A stretch of 64,000 nucleotides of DNA from Pseudomonadota bacterium (lineage in GTDB: Bacteria > Pseudomonadota > Gammaproteobacteria > Burkholderiales > Burkholderiaceae_C): NCBI GenBank assembly GCA_040385325.1, contig JAZKHN010000089.1, positions 2,169 to 66,168 on the forward strand, read 5' to 3'. Of this stretch, positions 8,224-16,814 are shown in pieces (positions within the stretch are counted from its first letter, which is position 1; every line of letters starts with the position of its first letter). The notes under the pieces were generated by a model that worked only from the letters and a program-made list of their open reading frames with translations, ran no database searches and was not told the origin of the DNA. Both the position numbers and the translations under genes were made by a program.

Positions 8224-9249
8224 TTACATAGGGAATCCGTTGTGCTCGACACCATCGAGGAGGCGCCCGGCGGCTTTCTTGCCGGCGCGGTACATCGCAG
8301 GGCCGCCGTCGTGAGAAGCAACGATCCGTGCAGCATCAGTCCCAAAACTTGGCGGGAATGCGGTCAGTGGTGCGAATTCACCCCACTGCTTAAACAGGAA
8401 CGGCACGCTGGCGCCGTCGCATTGGCCGCGCAAGCTGCGGTACCACTCAGGCTGTGATGGCCGCGCGCCTGGGCCGCTCTCGCCGCCGGCGATAACCCAG
8501 CCTATTCCCGGGTGCTGCTGACCTGTCGGGCCCTTGCTGTTAAAGGTTGGCCCTGTACTTTCAAAGCAGCCCATCGTCTGGTTCCACCACATGCCGAGGT
8601 GCTCGCACAGGTCGACCCGACCCAGCAGCGGTTCCATGCTCAAGAACCGCACGTAGGCATTGATGGCCAGCAGCTTTGGTATGTCTCGGTCGGCCTCTTC
8701 CTGGTTGACTACGGTGGCGCCGATCCATACGTTGGGCCAAGGCCAAGGCATTTGCTTCCAACCGCCTAGTCGCAAGCGCGAGATCGCCTCGTTGATCATC
8801 GGTTTGGCGTTCCCAATACGCTTCGTCAGCAGCAGCCAGTCGAGGTTTGGCGTTTGCGCGATCAGGTCGAACAGGTCAGCGCGCCACTGTGGGTCCCACT
8901 GGTTGTCGAAGACGTCCGCCAGGCTGGCGCAAAACACACGCCGACGGGCGGCCTGAAGCCAATGCACACCGCCACGGCCGTGAGCGCACGGGTTGGCAAA
9001 AGCAGAAGCAGTGCCCCTCATGCCGCAGTGTGAGCATTGATAGAACTGCCCGCTATTCCACTTGACCGGCTCTTTCCAGTTGCTGACGCTGGTGCGCTTG
9101 CGTGGGCCGCCCCAGCCTTCAGGCGTCCATTTGCGGAATTTGTCCTGTGCTGCGGCGTAGCAGCCATCGCAGCCGGGGCTGATCTTTGTGCAGCCGATAA
9201 CGGGATTAAACGTGCTGTCGCACCATTGGATGCCAGTTTTCGCGCTCAT
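8224..9249 (-). CDS. Phage Gp37/Gp68 family (DUF5131) protein
   Basis: IQWCDSTFNPVIGCTKISPGCDGCYA...VFCASLADVF...LLLTKR...RFLSMEPLL...WVIAGGESGPGARP...PFLFKQWG. Confidence 0.92.
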   Translation of the reverse strand: MSAKTGIQWCDSTFNPVIGCTKISPGCDGCYAAAQDKFRKWTPEGWGGPRKRTSVSNWKEPVKWNSGQFYQCSHCGMRGTASAFANPCAHGRGGVHWLQAARRRVFCASLADVFDNQWDPQWRADLFDLIAQTPNLDWLLLTKRIGNAKPMINEAISRLRLGGWKQMPWPWPNVWIGATVVNQEEADRDIPKLLAINAYVRFLSMEPLLGRVDLCEHLGMWWNQTMGCFESTGPTFNSKGPTGQQHPGIGWVIAGGESGPGARPSQPEWYRSLRGQCDGASVPFLFKQWGEFAPLTAFPPSFGTDAARIVASHDGGPAMYRAGKKAAGRLLDGVEHNGFPM

Positions 9250-11441
9250 TGGGGATTGCCCCGCTGATCGACGCTCAGCCCGATCACCAGAGGCTGCACC
9301 CAGATCGGCTGGGCCGACAGCATGAAGGTTTCACCAGACCAGGCCAGCAGCAGGGTGGTGCCCATCACCTCGGCGATGGCCTGCGCGGCGTCGGGCGGCA
9401 CCGCGTTACCAATACGCTCGCGCCAGGCCTGATCGCTCAGACCGTCCAGCTCGAGCATTTCCTCGGGGTCAACCAGTGACTGCAGCGCGGCCAGCTCTAG
9501 CGTGGTGAATGGGCGGTGCCAGGTGCCGTCGAGCGCCTGAATCCTGCAGACGATCTTCTGGTTCAGCGCGGGCAGGCGTGGAACATTCTCTGGAACATCA
9601 GACGGTGCAGATGTTCCAGTTGCTCCAGAGCGGGGGTCGCCAACGCTCCAACGGCCGTTGTCATGGCCTGCAGCTGCGCTGACGGCACCGGCATGCTCTT
9701 TCCAGTCGATCACGCCATAGTGGCCGGCCGTGAGGTAGTTGTCACCCTTCTCACGATTGACGCCATTGCGCGGATCAGCCACTGCAAAAGCACCTTCGCC
9801 CGTCGTGCTGCCGCTAATGACCGTGCCAGCAGTGCCGGTGAAAGCTGTGACCTTGTATTTGCCGAACGATGGCCCGTCGCCGCGCGGGTCTGCAACTGCT
9901 TGACCGGTTCCGTGCGCACTGGTGACGGCTTGAGCGTTCTTTTCCCACGGCACTATGCGGAACTCGTTGGAATGTTTCGCCGGTCCACCATGGCGCGGGT
10001 CGGAAACCGCATAGGCACCACTGTCATCGCCGCTGATCACGGTCCCTGCATTCTTCAGCCATGGCGTGACGGCATATTTCGAGAATGCCGCCCTGCCTTC
10101 AGCCCTGCGCGGGTCGGCCACGCTGTAAGCGCCTTGTCCTGGGGATTGCTGGCCGGGTATGGCTCCGGTGTGTTCGTTCCAAGCATGGACGCCGTAAGCC
10201 TGGCCGTCCTTCCATTTGTCGGACTGATTGAAGCGAGGGTCAGCGACGGACTGGCCACCTGATGATGGGCCATGGCCAGAAGTGACGGTGCCAGCGTGTG
10301 AACCCCATTCCACCACCCGGGCCACGTTCTTGTGTGTCTTCTCGATGTCACCCTTGCGGGGATCGGCAACGGCATACTTTCCATTGCTTGGCATGGACTC
10401 GCCGGCCACGGCTCCGACATGGTCAGCCCATGGCACCACGCCCATGCCGGATGAATACAGTTCCTGACGAGGATCAGCAACTGCGAAGTTGCCATTGTTC
10501 GGCATGCTGCGGCTGGTGATGGTGCCTACGTTCTCTTCCCACTTGTTGACGCCCAGCATGCCGCTATGCACCTGCGGCATGATCAAGTACTCGCTCAAAT
10601 GGCCGTTCTCGACCTGCAGCTTGTTCAGGCTGCGCCAGTCGCTGCCAGCCTCGACGAACGCCAGCCGTACCCACGTCTTCCATTGCAGGGCAGGGATGCG
10701 GTGCATGGGGCCAGCGCGTTCGTCACCGGGCAGCAGCATCTTGCCGAGGATGTCGCCAACAGCGCGCAGGCTCTTCTTGGGCGGTTCGTAGAGGAAGGGC
10801 GGCACCTTGTCGATGTGGCGGGCCACCAGCAGGAAGCGCTTGCGGCTCTGGCCAAGGCCGCCGAGCTCGCCGCAGTCGTGGGTGGTTTCGGCCACTGCGT
10901 ATCCATAGGCTCGCAGCAGGTCCATGATCTGATCGAGCAAGTGCCGGCCGCGGGTCGCGATGCGCGGTACGTTCTCGAACACGATCAGCTCGACGGGGTC
11001 ATCCTTGTAGGCTTCGAGCATCATCCAGATGCCCCGCAGCGTGAGGCGGTTCAGTGCCTGGTATTTGTCGGTGAGGCTCTTGACCTGAGACAGCAGGCCG
11101 CTGAAGCCCTTGCACGGCGCCGACAGAAAGATGATGTGCGGGTGTTCGTTGTTGAACGCGCGGTGAATGTCAGCCGTCGTGGCAGGCCTCCAGTCGGGCG
11201 GCGGCGTGCGGCCGTGAAAGGCGATGTACTGTTCGAGGTCGAACATATCGAGCACAGTACCGGCCACACCGGTGAGCTTGGTGAAGTCGCGGATACCTGG
11301 AGCGTCGACATCAATACCGCCGATGCACCGGAACTTCGCGCGCTTGTTTCCAACAACAGGCCGGGCCTTGTTGAAGCCCTTGCCGCCACCGCCCAGACCG
11401 CAGAAGAAGTGCCCGTGTCGAATCTCTACATCTTGGAACAT
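9246..11441 (-). CDS. DNA cytosine-5 methyltransferase with 8 tandem repeats in the variable region
   Basis: Motif I FFCGLGG, IV SAPCKGFS, VI FENVP, VIII QSRKRF, X IGNAVPP. Confidence 0.92.
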   Translation of the reverse strand: MFQDVEIRHGHFFCGLGGGGKGFNKARPVVGNKRAKFRCIGGIDVDAPGIRDFTKLTGVAGTVLDMFDLEQYIAFHGRTPPPDWRPATTADIHRAFNNEHPHIIFLSAPCKGFSGLLSQVKSLTDKYQALNRLTLRGIWMMLEAYKDDPVELIVFENVPRIATRGRHLLDQIMDLLRAYGYAVAETTHDCGELGGLGQSRKRFLLVARHIDKVPPFLYEPPKKSLRAVGDILGKMLLPGDERAGPMHRIPALQWKTWVRLAFVEAGSDWRSLNKLQVENGHLSEYLIMPQVHSGMLGVNKWEENVGTITSRSMPNNGNFAVADPRQELYSSGMGVVPWADHVGAVAGESMPSNGKYAVADPRKGDIEKTHKNVARVVEWGSHAGTVTSGHGPSSGGQSVADPRFNQSDKWKDGQAYGVHAWNEHTGAIPGQQSPGQGAYSVADPRRAEGRAAFSKYAVTPWLKNAGTVISGDDSGAYAVSDPRHGGPAKHSNEFRIVPWEKNAQAVTSAHGTGQAVADPRGDGPSFGKYKVTAFTGTAGTVISGSTTGEGAFAVADPRNGVNREKGDNYLTAGHYGVIDWKEHAGAVSAAAGHDNGRWSVGDPRSGATGTSAPSDVPENVPRLPALNQKIVCRIQALDGTWHRPFTTLELAALQSLVDPEEMLELDGLSDQAWRERIGNAVPPDAAQAIAEVMGTTLLLAWSGETFMLSAQPIWVQPLVIGLSVDQRGNPQ

Positions 11442-11719
11442 CAGTCGTTTCCCTCTGCAGCGACAGCCGCATCAATCAGTTGTTGTGTCGAAAACACCTT
11501 GGCGTCCTTGCCGGGTGTGAATGAAAGAAAGTCGGCCTTTGCCAGGCGCACGTTCATGGGGAATACCCAATTCGGCGGTGTCGCGGCCACTTCAAAGTAG
11601 TACTGCCCACCAGTCACCGTCACCCGCAGGAGGCTGTAGTTCCAGCCGTCCAGCAAGCCGCCCACGATCACCCCGAACCGGGGGACCGTCTTTTGGGTGA
11701 CGTTGACCTTGATGGGCAT
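11441..11719 (-). CDS. Hypothetical phage protein
   Basis: 92 aa with 1-nt TGATG overlaps at both ends. Confidence 0.7.
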   Translation of the reverse strand: MPIKVNVTQKTVPRFGVIVGGLLDGWNYSLLRVTVTGGQYYFEVAATPPNWVFPMNVRLAKADFLSFTPGKDAKVFSTQQLIDAAVAAEGND

Positions 11720-12426
11720 CAGCGTTTCTTGCCGGTCTTTGCCGCTGGGCCCTTGGGCATGCGCGTGACTTTGGCCGTGGTGACCTTCTCATCCGCCGCG
11801 GGGTCGACCTTCTCAGCGGCCAGGGATTTCTTGAAGGCTTCTTCCGGCGACAGAACGGGACCGCTTGGTGTCTTATCGGCACCGTCATCGAGGTCGCGCT
11901 GGGCAGAATCGGCTACCGTCGGGCCGACCAGCTCGATAAATAGCTCGTGGCTCTTGAGCACGGCTAACTCCCCCAGCGTCTCAGCATCCACATCCGTGGT
12001 GAAAAACCGGAAGTTGTTGTCTACGGTGCCGCCTTCATGGTGCGTCGTCTTGCGCTTGTTCACAGTGCCGTCGCGCAGCGTGAACTTCGGCTTTTCACCG
12101 ATGCCGTGATAGATGAACAGCGTGGAGCCGGTCTGGTCGCCGTCCCAGTTGAATGCACCCAGCGCGATGGCCTCGTCGGTGAGTTGCGAGTATTCGGACA
12201 CTACCGACACGCCGTCAAGCGTCTTCTGCTTGGCGCCCTCGGGCCCGTCTTTCTTGTAGAGGAACTCGAGCGCGCGGTCGCCGTACATGCGCAGGCAGCT
12301 GTTGGGGGTGGATGCCTTCCAGTGCAGGCAGACTGCGGGCTTCATGTCGGTCTGGCCCATCTTCTGGGTCTGGACGTCGACGTCTTCAAGAGTGGCTTTT
12401 TGTTTGCCTTCGAATGTGAGTAGCAT
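11719..12426 (-). CDS. Hypothetical phage protein
   Basis: 235 aa in operon orientation, coupled to the next gene. Confidence 0.75.
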   Translation of the reverse strand: MLLTFEGKQKATLEDVDVQTQKMGQTDMKPAVCLHWKASTPNSCLRMYGDRALEFLYKKDGPEGAKQKTLDGVSVVSEYSQLTDEAIALGAFNWDGDQTGSTLFIYHGIGEKPKFTLRDGTVNKRKTTHHEGGTVDNNFRFFTTDVDAETLGELAVLKSHELFIELVGPTVADSAQRDLDDGADKTPSGPVLSPEEAFKKSLAAEKVDPAADEKVTTAKVTRMPKGPAAKTGKKR

Positions 12427-12457
12427 GGTTTGCTTTCGTAGTGGAGGGGGAGGGAGA

Positions 12458-13072
12458 TCAGGCCGCGGCGGTTGCGGCTTCGCGGGCCGCCTGCTGTTTG
12501 GACATTTCGTCCTTGTCCAGCGTTTTCTTGAAACCGATGTTGGCGGCGACGTGGAAAACCACGATGCCTTCGGGCTTCATGAAACCAGGTGATGCGCGGC
12601 TGCCTTGCATGCGCAAGCGGTCAATCGCAAGGGCAGGCTCAGAGCCATCCCAGATACCGTCGAACAGAACTGGCGTGACATGGCAACAGGCCGGACGTTC
12701 TTGCCCCCAGCGCTCGGTGTTGAAAAGGCTGAAGCGTTTCTCTTTCAGCCCATAGCCTCGCTGTATGCCCAAGCCCCACCATTCACCGAAGTGACGGCCT
12801 GCGCCGAGCTTCGCAAGCTCAGTGGCGTTCTCTTTTGCCCAGCGAGCAAAGCCAGCGTTATCGTCCTCAGGCGTAATCCAGCGGGTGCGGCTGCCTGCAA
12901 ACATGACCATGTCGGTGGCAGTTGCCTCATCGAACCATGTACGGATGGCACCGGGCTCGCCTGCATAACCAGGCGCGATGAATATCTGCGCATTGGTGCC
13001 GTCGATCTTCTCGGTGATGATCACGCGCCGGGTGAGGCGGGCCATCTTTTGGAACTCTTGAAATTCGATCAT
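12458..13072 (-). CDS. ATP-dependent RNA ligase (Rnl2-like nucleotidyltransferase domain)
   Basis: Motif I TEKIDGTNA, then GSRTRWI, FGEWWG, FSLFN, motif IV EGIVV and a terminal FKK. Start at ATG 13072 with GGAG RBS. Confidence 0.85.
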   Translation of the reverse strand: MIEFQEFQKMARLTRRVIITEKIDGTNAQIFIAPGYAGEPGAIRTWFDEATATDMVMFAGSRTRWITPEDDNAGFARWAKENATELAKLGAGRHFGEWWGLGIQRGYGLKEKRFSLFNTERWGQERPACCHVTPVLFDGIWDGSEPALAIDRLRMQGSRASPGFMKPEGIVVFHVAANIGFKKTLDKDEMSKQQAAREAATAAA

Positions 13073-13092
13073 GAAAGTACTCCGAGGGATGT

Positions 13093-13185
13093 GTAAAAAG
13101 AAGGCACCCGGCGCGAACGAGGGAGGGAGGGAGGAGGAGGAGAAGCGCCCCGGGGTGCAGAGCCGGTTGCCCGGATGCGTGCCTT
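13093..13185 (-). ncRNA. Structured intergenic RNA/terminator with a long CU-rich loop
   Basis: AAGGCAC...GTGCCTT outer stem, CCGG-GCAA-CCGG hairpin, GCACCCCGG/CCGGGTGC stem around TTCTCCTCCTCCTCCCTCCCTCCCTC, then CTTTTT. Confidence 0.55.
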
Positions 13186-13193
13186 GGAAACTT

Positions 13194-15068
13194 TTAAGCC
13201 GCGACCAGGTCGCGTGCCTTCTGCAGGTGGCTGATTGCGGCGTCGAGAATGGCGTCCCAGTCTTCCTGGTGGTATAACTTCGCGCCGCGCTGACCGACGA
13301 CATACTTGAAGCCGAGCTGCTCCATGCCTTCGGCGGTGATGGTCAGTGGTGCCAGCCGCTCATTGATGACGCCCAGCTTCAGGTCGGCAGGTGCCTTGAC
13401 CTTCAGTGCTTGATTGCGCGTGATCGGCGCGGGGCCGCCCGTCATGGCTTCGCGTGGGCCACCTGTTGGCAGTAGCTCGACAAAGGCTTTGGACAGCGTG
13501 CCGGTCGGAGACGGAGCTGGTGCAGGGGCAGCCGCCTGGATGGGCGCAGCTGCAGCTTTTTCCTTTGCCTTCTCAAGCAGTGACCGGACGTTGGAGATCG
13601 CCTCAGTCTTGGCTTGCTGCACCCGCGCCGCATGCCCGGGGAACGCATCAGCCGCTACTTCCCAGCCTTCAGCGAGATTGAGGCAGACGGTCAGCTCGTC
13701 CACACTGCTCAAGCTCCGGCCGGCTGCGGCATGGCGCTCGATGCGCTCAATCTCGGCGTCAGCCTTGACCTTGGCCGCCGCCTCATCTTCACGCTGCTTC
13801 TGGGCTGCCAGCCGCTCATTGATGACGCGCTGAAAGTCGTCGCTGGGCTTCCTGATGACTTGATGCAAGTCAGGGAACAAGGCACCATTGCCCACGGCCG
13901 CCTTGGTGTACCAGGCGATCTTCGCCCGCAGCTCGGTCGCTTCGGCATCCGCTGCAATCTTGGCGTTGGCCAGCATGGTGTCCACAGCGTCCTGCATGCT
14001 GGCGAAGTTGCGCTTGCCCTTGATGGCGTCAGCAAATACAGGCGCCGACACAGTAAGGCGAATGGGCGTGATTTCGGCTTCCAGATCCTGCACATGCTCG
14101 GCCATCTTGCCCTTGGCCGCCAGAATCATGTTGTCCTTTTTGGCCCGGTCCTCGCGCTCAACGTCTTTTTCAAGCTGCAGCGCGGTTTTGCGCATGTCCT
14201 CGCACATCGCCTCGATCATGGTGGCCGCCTCACCCACCGTGGCGGTCTGAGCCAGCATGGCCTCCTTGGCGAGCTGTGCCTTCTGGATGCTCTCGCGCAG
14301 CATCTTGGCGGACTCCCTGGCATTGGCGAAGTCCTGATCGTTGACCAGCTGGATGGCGCGAATTTCCCTCAGGCGGCCCGTCAGCGCTTCCTTGTATTCC
14401 TTCAGGTTGCTGGAAGAGATCTCGCCCTTCGCATGGATGACCAGTGCGGGCAGGGCTTCGATCACATCCGCCTGTGGGCGCTCGTTTATCGCTGCTGGCG
14501 TATAGGAGGCGAGGTCCTTCGCGAACTGGTCCCAACCGGCATCAATGCGCGCGAACCAGGCAGGATCCGGGAGAACTTCCATCCAGACAAACCGCTCAGG
14601 CGTTCCGTCGCTGATCGAGAATATCCAGCGATTTGCCCCCGAGACCTTTAGGCCCTGCTGGACCTGCGGCATGTGTTCCTCGGGCATCTGGCCAGCCCTG
14701 ACCATTTGCGCATATTCTTCGTTCCACTGCTTGTTTTCCCAGCCCGTCTCTTCGTCCATGGTCAGTCCATCGCACGAAGCAGACTGCCGACCATCAGAAA
14801 GCGTGACGGGGTAAAGTTCTTCTTTGATTTCCTTGACGACCAGCGGTCGCGTGAGCGCTTCGACCTCGTGGCCTTTGTCCAGGATTCGCTTCTGCACGAA
14901 GTCGCTGAACTCCTTGACTGTGCCGACCTTCTTCATGTGCAGCAATTCGCTGCGCTTGGTATTGCGTGAAAGGCCGAGCATGGCTGCAGCTTCACTGGCG
15001 CCGTCGTGCTCGGCGCGAAAGGCAATCCATTCAGGAGTGCCGGGAACGAGGTTGTGTATTTGCCGCAT
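13194..15068 (-). CDS. YqaJ-like (lambda Exo family) exonuclease with long coiled-coil extension
   Basis: GTPEWIAFR...GASEAAAMLG...GHEVE...SASCDGL...WENKQWN...QVQQGL; adjacent to Bet. Confidence 0.88.
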   Translation of the reverse strand: MRQIHNLVPGTPEWIAFRAEHDGASEAAAMLGLSRNTKRSELLHMKKVGTVKEFSDFVQKRILDKGHEVEALTRPLVVKEIKEELYPVTLSDGRQSASCDGLTMDEETGWENKQWNEEYAQMVRAGQMPEEHMPQVQQGLKVSGANRWIFSISDGTPERFVWMEVLPDPAWFARIDAGWDQFAKDLASYTPAAINERPQADVIEALPALVIHAKGEISSSNLKEYKEALTGRLREIRAIQLVNDQDFANARESAKMLRESIQKAQLAKEAMLAQTATVGEAATMIEAMCEDMRKTALQLEKDVEREDRAKKDNMILAAKGKMAEHVQDLEAEITPIRLTVSAPVFADAIKGKRNFASMQDAVDTMLANAKIAADAEATELRAKIAWYTKAAVGNGALFPDLHQVIRKPSDDFQRVINERLAAQKQREDEAAAKVKADAEIERIERHAAAGRSLSSVDELTVCLNLAEGWEVAADAFPGHAARVQQAKTEAISNVRSLLEKAKEKAAAAPIQAAAPAPAPSPTGTLSKAFVELLPTGGPREAMTGGPAPITRNQALKVKAPADLKLGVINERLAPLTITAEGMEQLGFKYVVGQRGAKLYHQEDWDAILDAAISHLQKARDLVAA

Positions 15069-15076
15069 GGCAGTCC

Positions 15077-16195
15077 TTAAGCGTTCAGCGCTTCAGCGCG
15101 GGTGTCGAAGAGGGCGTTAAGTTCGGCCTGCAGCTCAGGGCCGACAACGGCCGCGATCAGGGTGGCCGCTTCGTTGAGGACGTCGATGTTGGCGGCGCTG
15201 TTGAGCTTTTCTTTTACCTGGTCATAGGTGGCAGCTGGTGCGTCCGTGCTGGGGCCGGTGCGCTCCCCCGTGCGGGTACCGGCTTCCTTCAAAAGTTCTT
15301 CAGGGATGGCCCGGATGCGGGCGCACTGGTCATCTGACAACGGCGCACCCAGGCTGTTGACGGTGGCGATCACCTCGTCGGGCGTCTTGCCCTTTTTGAT
15401 GACTTTGCGCCAGGTGGTCAGGTTCTTGTCAAAGTCGGCTTGGGGGTAGGGGTCAGCCTTTTTGGTAACCGTATCGGTTTGCACGACGTCGACCATGCCC
15501 ATATCTTTTGGGCGAGGCTCGCCATGACCGTCTTCGAAGTTCTTGCCTTCCATTTCGTCGGCCGTGGGCTGGCTGCCGATGGCCTCAGGAAATCCCTTGC
15601 GAAGCGCCTGGGCTTCGGCACATTTGGCGATCTGTCCATATACGCGCTTGGCCCACATGGCGTTCGGTGCGTTGCTGCTCGCAGACTTGGTTGCGTAGTT
15701 TTCTAGCCAGTACTCCCGCGCCGAAAACTCGCGCGGCACGCCGTCGACGAGGCGCATCACCGTGACACGGCACCATTCCGGATATTCGATCTCGGCGTCG
15801 GCGGTGGTCTTTCGGCGATCACGTCCGTTGCCTTCCCAGGTGTCGATCTGGTATTTGAGTGTTTTTAGTGGGCCGAACTCGGGGTCCGTCATGCCAACGT
15901 ATAGGCCAGTGCGAGCTGCTTGCACGCGATACAGCCCGATGCCAGGCATGATCACATCGCGGTCGGCCTTGATGTCCCAGCCGTTGTTGTCCTTCTCTCC
16001 GGTGCTCACCTTCATGGGCACGATGTGCACAGGCTTTTGCATCGGGTCCAGGCCGGCGGCTTTGCAGTAGCCCAGCGCCAGTTTGATCGACGGCAAGGCG
16101 GCGCCTGGGTAAAGGCTGGACTGGAGGACCTCGATCAGCTCCTGCTCGGTCTGGGGTGCGAGAGCAGTGGTTTTTTGTTCGACGATGGCGTTCAC
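15077..16195 (-). CDS. bet: Phage recombination protein Bet (single-strand annealing)
   Basis: YCKAAGLDPMQKPVHIVPM...GIGLYRVQAARTG...WAKRVYGQIAKCAEAQALRKGFP. Confidence 0.92.
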   Translation of the reverse strand: MNAIVEQKTTALAPQTEQELIEVLQSSLYPGAALPSIKLALGYCKAAGLDPMQKPVHIVPMKVSTGEKDNNGWDIKADRDVIMPGIGLYRVQAARTGLYVGMTDPEFGPLKTLKYQIDTWEGNGRDRRKTTADAEIEYPEWCRVTVMRLVDGVPREFSAREYWLENYATKSASSNAPNAMWAKRVYGQIAKCAEAQALRKGFPEAIGSQPTADEMEGKNFEDGHGEPRPKDMGMVDVVQTDTVTKKADPYPQADFDKNLTTWRKVIKKGKTPDEVIATVNSLGAPLSDDQCARIRAIPEELLKEAGTRTGERTGPSTDAPAATYDQVKEKLNSAANIDVLNEAATLIAAVVGPELQAELNALFDTRAEALNA

Positions 16196-16431
16196 TGGGA
16201 TTTTTCCTTCAGGTAGGTTTCACGGGTGACAATCTCGGCTTTCGCCTTGCGCTGGTTGGGGTTCTTGGACTTGGCGTTCAGGTCCGCCGCGTCCTTCTGG
16301 CGTGCAGCGATGAAGAGGTCAGCGCCATCCTTCTCATCGGTTTTCCATACAAGATGCTCGGAGGTGTAGCTCTTGCCTTCGGTGTCGGTGGAGCGCACGA
16401 AGATCGTCCGCGTGGTCATCTGGGTTTGCAT
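16192..16431 (-). CDS. Hypothetical phage protein
   Basis: 79 aa with GGAG RBS, coupled to bet. Confidence 0.7.
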   Translation of the reverse strand: MQTQMTTRTIFVRSTDTEGKSYTSEHLVWKTDEKDGADLFIAARQKDAADLNAKSKNPNQRKAKAEIVTRETYLKEKSQ

Positions 16432-16443
16432 GGTTTCTCCGGG

Positions 16444-16668
16444 TCAAGCGTTGCGATAGGCCGCGATGACCAGCATCACGACGGCGAAGATGGCGAGGAT
16501 CCAGTGCAGCAGCGGGGTGGATTCGCCTCGGGTGTAGCGGCCACGTGTGATGCCGAAGTCGGGCTCGTATTGGCGAACCGGTGGCTGGTGGCAGCGTCGG
16601 CGGTCGCAGATGCCAGGCTGGGTGCACTCGCCCTCTTTGACGATGCAGTAGATTCGCTGGATGCTCAT
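16444..16668 (-). CDS. Small protein with C-terminal transmembrane helix
   Basis: LLHWILAIFAVVMLVIAAY. Confidence 0.6.
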   Translation of the reverse strand: MSIQRIYCIVKEGECTQPGICDRRRCHQPPVRQYEPDFGITRGRYTRGESTPLLHWILAIFAVVMLVIAAYRNA

Positions 16669-16814
16669 GCTCGCCCCAGCCGAATAACAGAGACACTTTG
16701 AGCAGCAGGAAAGAGCCTGCCCATGGCCTCAATCGCATCGCCAGTGCCAGGGAAGGCATGAATGCAGCCGAGCTTGCAGCCTGGAAGGCAGACCGTGATC
16801 TTGAAGAGGCTCAT
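16665..16814 (-). CDS. Small hypothetical protein (49 aa)
   Basis: MSLFKITVCLPG...RLGRA with ATGA overlaps at both ends. Confidence 0.55.
   Translation of the reverse strand: MSLFKITVCLPGCKLGCIHAFPGTGDAIEAMGRLFPAAQSVSVIRLGRA

Noticed and set aside
10566-11600. 344-aa + strand ORF and similar long antisense ORFs (13614..14651, 47883..48890, 54781..55794)
   Set aside because: Opposite to well-supported genes; no recognisable domains.
13073-13303. N-terminal extension of the RNA ligase in the ORF track
   Set aside because: Crosses the structured intergenic element and overlaps the exonuclease stop; ATG 13072 has a GGAG RBS.
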